A stretch of 64,000 bases of DNA from an uncultured Candidatus Saccharibacteria bacterium (lineage in GTDB: Bacteria > Patescibacteriota > Saccharimonadia > Saccharimonadales > 2-12-FULL-41-12). Shown one piece after another: positions 11,241 to 18,982 of this stretch (positions within the stretch are counted from its first letter, which is position 1; each line of letters starts with the position of its first letter). The position numbers and the translations under genes are program-made. The notes beneath the pieces were generated by a model. It saw nothing but the letters and a program-made list of their open reading frames with translations, did no database searches and was not told the origin of the DNA. The stretch covers positions 7,230-71,229 of the forward strand of contig CAZNIK010000002.1 in NCBI GenBank assembly GCA_964573095.1, in the 5' to 3' direction.

Positions 11241-11290
11241 ATATATGATGATTTTTTGCATTGAAATAGACTATACTTAAAACCCTAATT

Positions 11291-12799
11291 ATGGCACAAA
11301 TCAAAAGCATCCTGGATTCTGGAGGCAAAGCAACAATCATTGATATTGAGTGCCATTTATCCAAGTCGCTCCCAAACATTGTGATTGTCGGCTTTGCAAA
11401 TAAATCGGTCGACGAGGCCAAAGAGCGGATTCGCGGGGCGCTGGCAAGTAGCAGTATCCAACTCCCCAAAAGACGAATCACCATAAATCTGGCTCCAGCT
11501 GATATACCAAAAGAAGGCTCTGGTTTTGATTTGCCAATATTGCTCTCCATAATGGTTGCCGGCAATTTGATACGAACTGCTCCAAGCGAACAAAGCCTGG
11601 TTCTCGGAGAGGTTGGTCTTGACGGCACAATCAGACCGATTCGAGGAATGATAGGAAAAATCCTTGGCGGCAAAGCCAAAGGTTACAATGAGTTTTGGAT
11701 ACCAGAGGGCAACCTTAAGCAGGCCCAACTAATACCGAATGTAACCATTCACCCCTTAAAAACTGTATCCGAACTCTATAAAGTGCTTAATGGCACCTTA
11801 CCGGGTCGTTCCTATTCGACTTCAGAAATAAAAAGATCAAAGAAAAGTTCATTACCCAGATCAAGTGACATACAAATAGATGATGTCGTGGGGCAAGCCC
11901 AAGCCAAGCGGGCCCTCCAGATAGCGGTTGCTGGCCACCATCACATTATGCTGAACGGTCCACCTGGCACTGGAAAGAGTATGCTTGCTAAGGCATTACC
12001 AAGCATCATGCCAGACCTCACCCAAGTTGAGCAGCTGGAAATAACCCACCTTCACAGCCTGGCCAACAAAGATTTCGACAAGATCATCGAGGAGCGACCC
12101 ATACGATCGCCCCATCATAGTTCGAGCCAAATCGCGATCGTTGGCGGCGGACAAAATCCTCGTCCCGGCGAAATAAGCCTCAGTCACAGAGGAATACTGT
12201 TTTTTGATGAATTCCCCGAGTTTAGTCGATCAATAATCGAAGCTTTGAGACAGCCCATCGAAGATAAGCGCATTACAGTTGCCCGTGCCAAAGATACCAT
12301 TGAGTTCCCTGCCGATTTTTTATTAGTCGCGACATCGAACCCCTGCCCTTGCGGCTACTACAATAGCCAAAGGGAGTGTACCTGTCTGCCCGCTCATATT
12401 ATGAAGTATCAGAAGCGTATTTCTGGGCCTATTATCGACAGAATAGATATGTACGTTGAAGTCGAGGAGGTGCCACACGAAAAATTGCTTTCAAAAACTA
12501 CTTCGCCATCGCACGACTACAAGCAAGCGATTGAACGAGTTCGAAAAGTACAGTCCGACCGGGCCGGTAAATTAAACAGTTCGCTTACAAACAACGAACT
12601 GAAACAATACGCCAAATTATCTGACGAAGCACTTCAAGTGTTTAACAGCGCCGCTAATCAAATGAAGCTTTCGTCGAGGGGATATATTCGTGCACTGCGC
12701 GTTGCACGAACCATTGCTGACCTTGATAAAAGCAAAACAATAGAAACACCTCATATAACTGAGGCTCTTCAGTACCGCAAAAAAGAGCTGGTCTTATAA
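11291..12799 (+). CDS. comM: ComM/YifB Mg-chelatase-like AAA+ ATPase
   Basis: 502 aa. Lon-like N-domain, Walker A NGPPGTGKSM, GILFFDEFPEF, and a CPCGY...C.C zinc-motif region typical of the YifB/ComM family. Confidence 0.9.
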   Translation: MAQIKSILDSGGKATIIDIECHLSKSLPNIVIVGFANKSVDEAKERIRGALASSSIQLPKRRITINLAPADIPKEGSGFDLPILLSIMVAGNLIRTAPSEQSLVLGEVGLDGTIRPIRGMIGKILGGKAKGYNEFWIPEGNLKQAQLIPNVTIHPLKTVSELYKVLNGTLPGRSYSTSEIKRSKKSSLPRSSDIQIDDVVGQAQAKRALQIAVAGHHHIMLNGPPGTGKSMLAKALPSIMPDLTQVEQLEITHLHSLANKDFDKIIEERPIRSPHHSSSQIAIVGGGQNPRPGEISLSHRGILFFDEFPEFSRSIIEALRQPIEDKRITVARAKDTIEFPADFLLVATSNPCPCGYYNSQRECTCLPAHIMKYQKRISGPIIDRIDMYVEVEEVPHEKLLSKTTSPSHDYKQAIERVRKVQSDRAGKLNSSLTNNELKQYAKLSDEALQVFNSAANQMKLSSRGYIRALRVARTIADLDKSKTIETPHITEALQYRKKELVL

Positions 12800-12871
12800 T
12801 CGAATTGACCTCTGTTATCATATCTGTTACAATGATCATAAATTACCTGCTAAGAAGTAAGGAGAGTATCA

Positions 12872-13399
12872 ATTAGTAAATACACTCGCTTGAATTCGGC
12901 TATCCGAGCAAGCAGTTTGCGTGTTATCGACGAGGATGGATCACAAGTGGGAGTGTTGTCACGAAATGAAGCGTTACAGCTCGCCCAAGACAGAGGACTC
13001 GACCTTGTAGAAATCTCTCCAGACGCAAATCCTCCTGTAGCAAAAATCGTTGATTGGGGTAAGTACAATTACCAAAAAACGAAGCAACTTCAAAAAAGCA
13101 AGCGTAATTCCAAAGCACTAGAAGTAAAGCAGATGCGCTTTGGGTTAAAAATTAGCGATCATGACCTGGGGGTCAAGCTAAAAAAGATAACCGGGTTTTT
13201 AGAAAACGGACACAAGGTAAAAATCGTCATCTTTTACAGAGGCCGTGAACTTGCCCATAAAGACATCGGATTTACGTTAGCAAAAAAGGTTATCGAGCAC
13301 TTTGGAGACTCGATCGCAGTTGATCAACAACCCCAGCTTGCCGGTAAACAGTTAATATTTCTAATAAGGAGCACTCATGCCAAAACTAAAGACACATAG
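12872..13399 (+). CDS. infC: translation initiation factor IF-3 (probable AUU start)
   Basis: ORF track starts at TTG 12890 (NSAIRASSLRVIDEDGSQVGV...DLVEISPDANPPVAKIVDWGKYNYQ). An in-frame ATT at 12872 sits 7 nt after AAGGAG with no intervening stop. infC-rpmI-rplT gene order. Confidence 0.85.
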   Translation: MSKYTRLNSAIRASSLRVIDEDGSQVGVLSRNEALQLAQDRGLDLVEISPDANPPVAKIVDWGKYNYQKTKQLQKSKRNSKALEVKQMRFGLKISDHDLGVKLKKITGFLENGHKVKIVIFYRGRELAHKDIGFTLAKKVIEHFGDSIAVDQQPQLAGKQLIFLIRSTHAKTKDT

Positions 13400-13574
13400 T
13401 GGCACCAAAGATCGAATCAAGATTACAAAGACTGGTAAGGTCCAGCGTCGCCATACCGCCGTAAATCACTTTCTAAAAAAGAAAAGCGCTAGCACCAAGC
13501 GTACTTTTGCTGGTGTTCAAGAAGTAACTGGAAAGAATGCCAAAAATATGAAGCGAAAACTAGGAGTTCAGTAA
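13377..13574 (+). CDS. rpmI: 50S ribosomal protein L35
   Basis: 65 aa, MPKLKTHSGTKDRIKITKTGKVQRRH. Overlaps the infC end. Confidence 0.95.
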   Translation: MPKLKTHSGTKDRIKITKTGKVQRRHTAVNHFLKKKSASTKRTFAGVQEVTGKNAKNMKRKLGVQ

Positions 13575-13919
13575 ATGAGAGTAAAACGCGGAGTAACCAC
13601 CCACAAGCGCCACCAAAAGGTGCGAAAAGCAACCAAAGGGATGACTCGATCAAACAGATCAAGCATCCGGCGTGGCAAGCAAGCAATAACCAAGTCTTTG
13701 GTAAATGCAACCCGCGATCGAAAAGACAGAAAGCGAACTTTTCGCGCCCTGTGGAATACAAGGATAAATGCTGGGGCACGAGCCAACGGCACCACGTATA
13801 GCCGTCTAATAGCTGGGCTGAAAAAGAGCCAGGTTGAGCTTGACCGAAAAGTGTTAAGCGAACTCGCAGTCAACGAGCCAACGGCTTTCACCGCAGTAGT
13901 CAAAACCGCCAAAAAGTAG
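13575..13919 (+). CDS. rplT: 50S ribosomal protein L20
   Basis: 114 aa, MRVKRGVTTHKRHQKV... Confidence 0.95.
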   Translation: MRVKRGVTTHKRHQKVRKATKGMTRSNRSSIRRGKQAITKSLVNATRDRKDRKRTFRALWNTRINAGARANGTTYSRLIAGLKKSQVELDRKVLSELAVNEPTAFTAVVKTAKK

Positions 13920-13924
13920 TCAAC

Positions 13925-14245
13925 TTAGTATTCTCGATCAGCTAGTGGTAGGAGTAGGTCTATGTATGGCTTTTGATATTCGTTCAACACCCCCTTACCA
14001 ATATTACGAGCCCATTCCGCATCAATTTTTCTTTGAGCCGCATCCATCAACCGAAACGCCGTTTCTTCGTCATCGATATTGATTGCCAGCATATTTACAC
14101 CAACACTATCGAGTTTGCCTACCGATTGAATGTGATACTTCGACGGATCAGCGGGAATTTCGCTTGTCGGTGGTTGATCAATATGTTTTGGTATTTGATC
14201 GTCTATTTCGAAAGCAAACGCTTCGACATTAAAAGTCGGTGGCAT
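13925..14245 (-). CDS. hypothetical protein
   Basis: 106-aa ORF filling the gap between rplT and purD. No motif recognised. Confidence 0.5.
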   Translation of the reverse strand: MPPTFNVEAFAFEIDDQIPKHIDQPPTSEIPADPSKYHIQSVGKLDSVGVNMLAINIDDEETAFRLMDAAQRKIDAEWARNIGKGVLNEYQKPYIDLLLPLADREY

Positions 14246-14287
14246 AGCATCTCCATTTAAATAGTAATACCATCGTAACTTTTCGGA

Positions 14288-15616
14288 TTAAATTTTACAA
14301 TCGGCCTTAGAATGAGTAGCGGTGAATTCTTTGCCGATATCAGAGCGCATAAGAGGTGGTCGCCCATCAAATTTTACGTGGCGAGCTGCTTGGTATGCCT
14401 GGTCAACGGCATTTTTCAAAGACGAATCACGACATATTATACTAAGAACCCGACCGCCAGCGGTTACAAGTTGACCTTCTCTGTTTCGGTCTGTACCAGC
14501 GTGAAGCGTATAGACGTTATCAAGTTTAGCTACCTTATCTAAGCCTTCAATGGCCATGTCTTGTTGCGGGTGGTTCGGATAGCCTGGGGCGGCCAGGACC
14601 AAACAAACCGCTGTTTCGCCCAATCGCCAATGAATGTCTGATTTGCTAAGACTATTTAGATCGCCTTGGGCGCAGGCTCTTAGGATTGGTAGGAGTGGAC
14701 TTTCTAGCAAGCTTAGGAAAACTTGAGCCTCGGAATCACCAAACCGCACATTCCACTCCAGGAGCTTTTCATCACCTTGAGCACCCTTTAGGCCAGAGAA
14801 AAGTACGCCCGTGAAAGGCCCCGCAGCAAGTACCGGTTCAACAAAAGCTTGAGCGAGGCGCTCCGCTTCGCTTGGGCTATATCCAGGAACTGGTGCAATG
14901 CTGCCCATACTTCCTGTTAGCGGACCTTTGTCGCCTGCTTCAAGATATTTATAGTCACGGGCGACAAAGGGAATTTCATGTTGATCCCTGCCACCACACA
15001 GTGAATGGGCAGATATCTCCGGACCAGGCACGCCAAGCTCAACTACCATCTGAGGCGGAAGATTATCAGCGTCATGCTCAAGTTCTTGATAGCTGTTATA
15101 GCGGGCAACGCCCTTGCCCGCCCGCAGCCCAATATCCTTAATGAATAGCGGGAATGGCTTATCCTCGGCGAATTCGAGTGCTTTGTGTGCTTCAGCAAAG
15201 TATTTGAATTCGCCAATGGGAATTCCACGTCGACGAGCCAGTTTCTTAGCTTGATATTTATCAGCTTCCAGCATTGTCTGCCGAGCTGTGGGGCCAAAAA
15301 TAGGCTGTTCGCGAGCCTGGAAGGCGTCAACTATGCCTGCAGCAAGTGATGCCTCACCGCCGACGATAGTTAAATCGGGATCAAAAGAAATGGCAGCCTC
15401 AAGTTGACCCCTAATATCTGTAGGGTACACGCCGCTACTTTCAGCAAACGTCTCATTACCTGGATTACCCGGTGACATCAATACTTCAACACCGTCGTCA
15501 ACTAGTTTTTGACCAATTGCCTGCTCGCGGCCACCATTACCAACAACCAGCGCTCGTTCGATACTTGCCATACCGATAGTTTCTAGAAGTGAGCGCTGAC
15601 TTGCAAGCATGTGCAT
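14288..15616 (-). CDS. purD: phosphoribosylamine-glycine ligase
   Basis: PurD blocks present: VVGNGGREQA, GDKGPLTGSMG, EWNVRFGDSE, AAPGYP, LHAGT, TAGGRVL, MRSDIG. The true start is more likely ATG 15571 (MASIERALVV...). Confidence 0.88.
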   Translation of the reverse strand: MHMLASQRSLLETIGMASIERALVVGNGGREQAIGQKLVDDGVEVLMSPGNPGNETFAESSGVYPTDIRGQLEAAISFDPDLTIVGGEASLAAGIVDAFQAREQPIFGPTARQTMLEADKYQAKKLARRRGIPIGEFKYFAEAHKALEFAEDKPFPLFIKDIGLRAGKGVARYNSYQELEHDADNLPPQMVVELGVPGPEISAHSLCGGRDQHEIPFVARDYKYLEAGDKGPLTGSMGSIAPVPGYSPSEAERLAQAFVEPVLAAGPFTGVLFSGLKGAQGDEKLLEWNVRFGDSEAQVFLSLLESPLLPILRACAQGDLNSLSKSDIHWRLGETAVCLVLAAPGYPNHPQQDMAIEGLDKVAKLDNVYTLHAGTDRNREGQLVTAGGRVLSIICRDSSLKNAVDQAYQAARHVKFDGRPPLMRSDIGKEFTATHSKADCKI

Positions 15617-15644
15617 ATTAAAAAAGCCCCGATAGGAGCTTTTT

Positions 15645-16115
15645 AAGTGTCAGAGCGTATGTAAGCCGGGTTCTGTCCCAAAATCGGGGCTGATCATCTA
15701 TCTAGTCCATCGATTGCTCGACAGATCAAGCGGTTCTTATGGCAGTACCCTCGGCGGGAAACCTATATGAGAATACACCTCCTTGCAACGGACAGGGTTT
15801 ACCTCCTCTGATGGTCACCCATCAGAACTGTGGGCTCTTACCCCACTCGTTTCATCGTTGCCCAAAAACAAAGTCATGGGCTGTTTCGTTTCTGTGGCAC
15901 TTTCCCTAGAGTCACCTCTGGTTGCAGTTAGCAACTGTCCCTCCCTACGTTGCCCGGACTTTCCTCCCCGCACCTTTTAGCGATCAACTACACCTATCTT
16001 GCGCTTTAATTCCGCAAAACCCTTGCCATGATGTTTGAGTTTTTTCTCTCTATCTACCGCAAGTTGCCTACTATATCGCCAAAAGGTGCGGGGCGATCAG
16101 CCTACACTCTGACCT
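15645..16115 (-). ncRNA. rnpB: RNase P RNA, bacterial type A, with enlarged P3
   Basis: Minus strand carries GGGGAGGAAAGTCCGGGC (15969-15952) and ACAGAACCCGGCTTA (15676-15662), the universal P4 strands. P1 is GUCAGAGUGU (16113-16104) pairing with ACGCUCUGAC (15658-15649). A 13-bp stem CCCCGCACCUUUU/AAAAGGUGCGGGG closes a ~125-nt P3. A terminator hairpin AGCUCC-UAUC-GGGGCU plus U-run follows. Confidence 0.85.
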
Positions 16116-16132
16116 CTGTAGTATACCTCGTT

Positions 16133-16810
16133 TTAGCTATTTGCGTCGAGGGTATCGTTCACTAAGCCATCTGCAATACCATTAAGCTCTCGTGGCACGT
16201 GTACAAAACTGATATCCGAAAAAGTTTGTGCAAGGTCTTTTGCAGATTTATGAATCGGCCATAAATCACGATTTTTTACCTTGTAGATGCCGTTCATTTG
16301 GTTGACGACAAGCAGACTGTCCATGTAGACAGTCAATCCCCGAATCCCTAAAGCCTTTGCTTGCTCTAGTCCTTGCTTGAGTCCTTGATATTCGGCTTGA
16401 TTGTTTGTCGTAATCCCCAAATAAACACCTTCTTTTTTTACAACAGTATCGTCCATATTCAAGATAACATAGCCAACTGCTGATGGTCCTGGATTGCCGC
16501 GCGACCCGCCGTCGGTATACAGCTTTGCGCGCGCAATAGATTGGTGGCTTGTGGCGTCATTATTACTCTGTTTTGGTGTGTAAATCTTGTCGATCTCAGA
16601 GCTAAGCTTTCTATCGCGGTCGCTTACCTGGTTGCCGGCATCGTGGGTTGTCAGCCAAACCTCAACTGAGCCCCATTGCAACTCTATTTTCTCTGGGTGG
16701 TGATTAAGCTCGTCAGACAACTCAGCAATGGCGTCAATAAAATTGCCCGCTTTAGCGTATCTATCAAAACTAAACTTTTTATATAAGGTATTGTCTTTTT
16801 CTTGCCACAT
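16133..16810 (-). CDS. fusion protein: DCoH/PCD-like domain + RNase HI domain
   Basis: 225 aa. N-terminus FSFDRYAKAGNFIDAIAELSDELNHHPEKIELQWGSVEVWLTTHD matches the pterin-4a-carbinolamine dehydratase fold signature. C-terminus YTDGGSRGNPG...NNQAEYQGL...VYMDS...NGIADGL gives the RNase H DEDD residues. Confidence 0.85.
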   Translation of the reverse strand: MWQEKDNTLYKKFSFDRYAKAGNFIDAIAELSDELNHHPEKIELQWGSVEVWLTTHDAGNQVSDRDRKLSSEIDKIYTPKQSNNDATSHQSIARAKLYTDGGSRGNPGPSAVGYVILNMDDTVVKKEGVYLGITTNNQAEYQGLKQGLEQAKALGIRGLTVYMDSLLVVNQMNGIYKVKNRDLWPIHKSAKDLAQTFSDISFVHVPRELNGIADGLVNDTLDANS

Positions 16811-16916
16811 ATCTGTACTAGTGTATCCGTTTTTATATAAAACCAGAAATTACACAAATGATGCCATATACAGACTTGCTTTTTTTATATTTATATATTA
16901 TTATAAATTTTTACTT

Positions 16917-17672
16917 ATGGCTCGTGAATCCATTACTTTAGATAATTTTACTGATTGGCATGGTCAAGTTGACGGTGTTGAGATACGGTCGTATATGGAT
17001 TTTCCGGACTATGTACCCACTACTGATATATCGGTAAACTTGAGTAGAATTGCAATGTTTTCTCGATTAGGACGCTTAGAGGGTGTCCGTATTGGCTTGT
17101 ATGATAGACAGCCAGACGTAGATTTTGGCATCAGTGGCACAAATCAAGACGGTTCTGCTATCGCAAGTGCGGTGAGCATAAGTGCAGAAGATCGTTCTAG
17201 TAATAGCGTTTCGAGGCCGCAAGATGATTCACTCGAATACCCTCGGGGCCGAGGCTTTGTTAGAATAAACGTTGGTCACTCTGACTTAGATAATAAGCTT
17301 TTACGTGATGCACAGCCCTGGGCAGAATTGCTTGATAAGGGTATGCGCGAGGGGCTAACAATTTCCGGGCAAAAACAACTTACAGAACCAAGGTTAGAAC
17401 GACGCGTAGGCTTTAGTATTGATAAAGTGATAGACGGGATTGGTGCTTGTGCTTTGGCTACTGTTTTTGGTGAAGTTAAGGTAATACCCCTTTATTTAGC
17501 ATATTCTTGTTTGGACGATAGTATTGGTTTTTCTCGTAAATTAGGAGCAAAACTGATAAGAAGAGAGCCGATCAAAGACTATGAGCACTCGCTGCTTTAT
17601 AACCTACCGCTAGACCGAGTGGTTGCTTTGAAAACTTTAGCGCGTACTCGAAAAATCGTTAAAGCAAAATAA
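16917..17672 (+). CDS. hypothetical protein
   Basis: ORF track starts at 16728 inside the AT-rich divergent promoter region and overlaps the neighbouring gene. ATG 16917 (MARESITLDN...) is the more plausible start. No family recognised. Confidence 0.5.
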   Translation: MARESITLDNFTDWHGQVDGVEIRSYMDFPDYVPTTDISVNLSRIAMFSRLGRLEGVRIGLYDRQPDVDFGISGTNQDGSAIASAVSISAEDRSSNSVSRPQDDSLEYPRGRGFVRINVGHSDLDNKLLRDAQPWAELLDKGMREGLTISGQKQLTEPRLERRVGFSIDKVIDGIGACALATVFGEVKVIPLYLAYSCLDDSIGFSRKLGAKLIRREPIKDYEHSLLYNLPLDRVVALKTLARTRKIVKAK

Positions 17673-17683
17673 AAATACTTCTT

Positions 17684-17760
17684 ATGGTCGGGGTGACAGG
17701 ACTTGAACCTGCGACCTCACGGCCCCCAGCCGTACGCGCTAGCCAACTGCGCCACACCCC
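17684..17760 (-). tRNA. tRNA-Pro (anticodon GGG), CCA encoded
   Basis: Minus strand folds as CGGGGTG-TG-GCGC-AGTTGGCTA-GCGC-G-TACGG-CTGGGGG-CCGTG-AGGTC-GCAGG-TTCAAGT-CCTGT-CACCCCG-A-CCA. Confidence 0.92.
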
Positions 17761-17811
17761 GACAATATATAAATTATAAACCAACCACCTCACGGTCACG
17801 TCCCAGAGAAA

Positions 17812-17952
17812 CAAAAAAGCCAGATCGGACCAGTGTGATTATTCCGCGATAACGCAGATGGGTGATCTCACGAGGTAACCTCGGCTACTTCAAATGTTGA
17901 TCTCCCGGGTTCACTTGTATTCAGATAATCAACCGCTAGCTACCCGATCTAG
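17812..17952 (-). ncRNA. candidate small RNA (6S-like extended hairpin); family unassigned
   Basis: 200-nt ORF-free gap between the M50 protease gene and tRNA-Pro. Closing stem AGAUCGG (17950-17944)/CCGAUCU (17828-17822), inner stems GGUUGAUUAU/AUAAUCA and GGGAGAUC/GAUCACCC, apical CGAGG-UUA-CCUCG, then GGCUUUUUU. TATACT -10-like box just upstream. Confidence 0.3.
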
Positions 17953-17968
17953 CACTTTTAAGTATATC

Positions 17969-18592
17969 TCAAAATAGCGCACGAAACACCGCATTATTGA
18001 GATTAACCAGTGCGTCAGTAAATGCGGGAACCATGAGCACTAGCGCAAAAACTATGAATATGCCAAATTGCTCTAATTGGGCCATTATTCGCTGCAAAGG
18101 TTCTGGCGCAAACGCATATAACACCCTGGATCCGTCCAGGGGAGGAATTGGAATAAGATTAAAGATAAACAAACCAATATTTACCTGTACAAAAATAATT
18201 AGTGCCGTAAGCGCATCAACTCCCAGGCTACCTTGAAGCACATTGATAATCAAAGCGCCAAGCCCTGCAAGAAGTGCGTTGGTAAGTGGACCGGCAAATC
18301 CAATTATTGCAACGCCAAACTCATCATATTTAACCCGATTAGGATTAAAAGGAACTGGTTTGGCGGCAAGCAATGGCACCTTAAATAATATGAGTGTTAT
18401 CAGAGGAAGTAACACCGTCGAAAACAAGTCGACATGCTTAAAGGGGTTGAGGGTTATCCTTCCCTCGTGGTAAGCGGTATCATCCCCCAGCCAATGACTC
18501 GAGTAGGCGTGCATGGCTTCGTGGACGGTGATCGATATCACCAAGGACACAAAGACGACAACTAGATTAAATACACTAAAGTCACTAACCAT
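17969..18592 (-). CDS. M50-family (site-2 protease-like) membrane zinc metalloprotease
   Basis: 207 aa, polytopic. HEAMHAY (HExxH) lies in the first TM region, with LDGSRVL downstream. Confidence 0.8.
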   Translation of the reverse strand: MVSDFSVFNLVVVFVSLVISITVHEAMHAYSSHWLGDDTAYHEGRITLNPFKHVDLFSTVLLPLITLILFKVPLLAAKPVPFNPNRVKYDEFGVAIIGFAGPLTNALLAGLGALIINVLQGSLGVDALTALIIFVQVNIGLFIFNLIPIPPLDGSRVLYAFAPEPLQRIMAQLEQFGIFIVFALVLMVPAFTDALVNLNNAVFRALF

Positions 18593-18680
18593 TAGTCATA
18601 TAGTATACCGCAACGCTTGCGCCTAATTAATGTATATCCCTGGAAAGCGTCTTGATTTGTTTGGTTGCCCCCTCAAGCAG

Positions 18681-18709
18681 TTGACTCCTAAGGTGTAATA
18701 AGCTACAAT
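18681..18709 (+). promoter_or_regulatory. sigma70-type promoter of rpmB
   Basis: TTGACT (18681-18686), exact 17-nt spacer, TACAAT (18704-18709). ATG is 15 nt downstream. Confidence 0.55.
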
Positions 18710-18723
18710 CTACCCTTGTAACT

Positions 18724-18933
18724 ATGCAAAAGTGTGACATTACCGGCAAAGGCAAACAGTACGGACATAATGTGTCCTTCTCTCTTCGACGCACCAAAAA
18801 AACCTGGAAGCCAAATCTTCAAACCAAAACTGTGGTTGTCGACGGCAAAAAGGTCAAAATTAAAGTCAGTGCCGCGGGCATTAGAACCCTCAAGAAAAAG
18901 GGCTTGCTTACCACCGAGCCAACCGCAAAGTAA
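18724..18933 (+). CDS. rpmB: 50S ribosomal protein L28
   Basis: 69 aa, MQKCDITGKGKQYGHNVSFSLRRTKKTWKPNLQ. Confidence 0.93.
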   Translation: MQKCDITGKGKQYGHNVSFSLRRTKKTWKPNLQTKTVVVDGKKVKIKVSAAGIRTLKKKGLLTTEPTAK

Positions 18934-18982
18934 GCCAACAGCACTTATTCTAATTCGCAAACAAACCTAAGATAGACTTGTT

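Noticed and set aside
10020-11290. tmRNA or SRP RNA in the long non-coding region
   Set aside because: I looked on both strands for a tRNA-like 3' end (GGTTCGAATCC...CCA), a GGGG...TTCGAC 5' end, and the SRP domain IV GGAA tetraloop with AGCA/GGAAGCAGC. None was found. Only a weak GACGAAGCAGC match exists, and its context is wrong.
11131-11728. 182-aa and 123-aa minus-strand ORFs antisense to comM and its leader
   Set aside because: They are shadow ORFs of a well-supported gene. Neither has an RBS, and their composition mirrors the sense strand.
15783-15980. 65-aa plus-strand ORF from the track
   Set aside because: It lies entirely inside the RNase P RNA gene on the opposite strand. It has no RBS, so it is a by-product of the GC-rich structured RNA.
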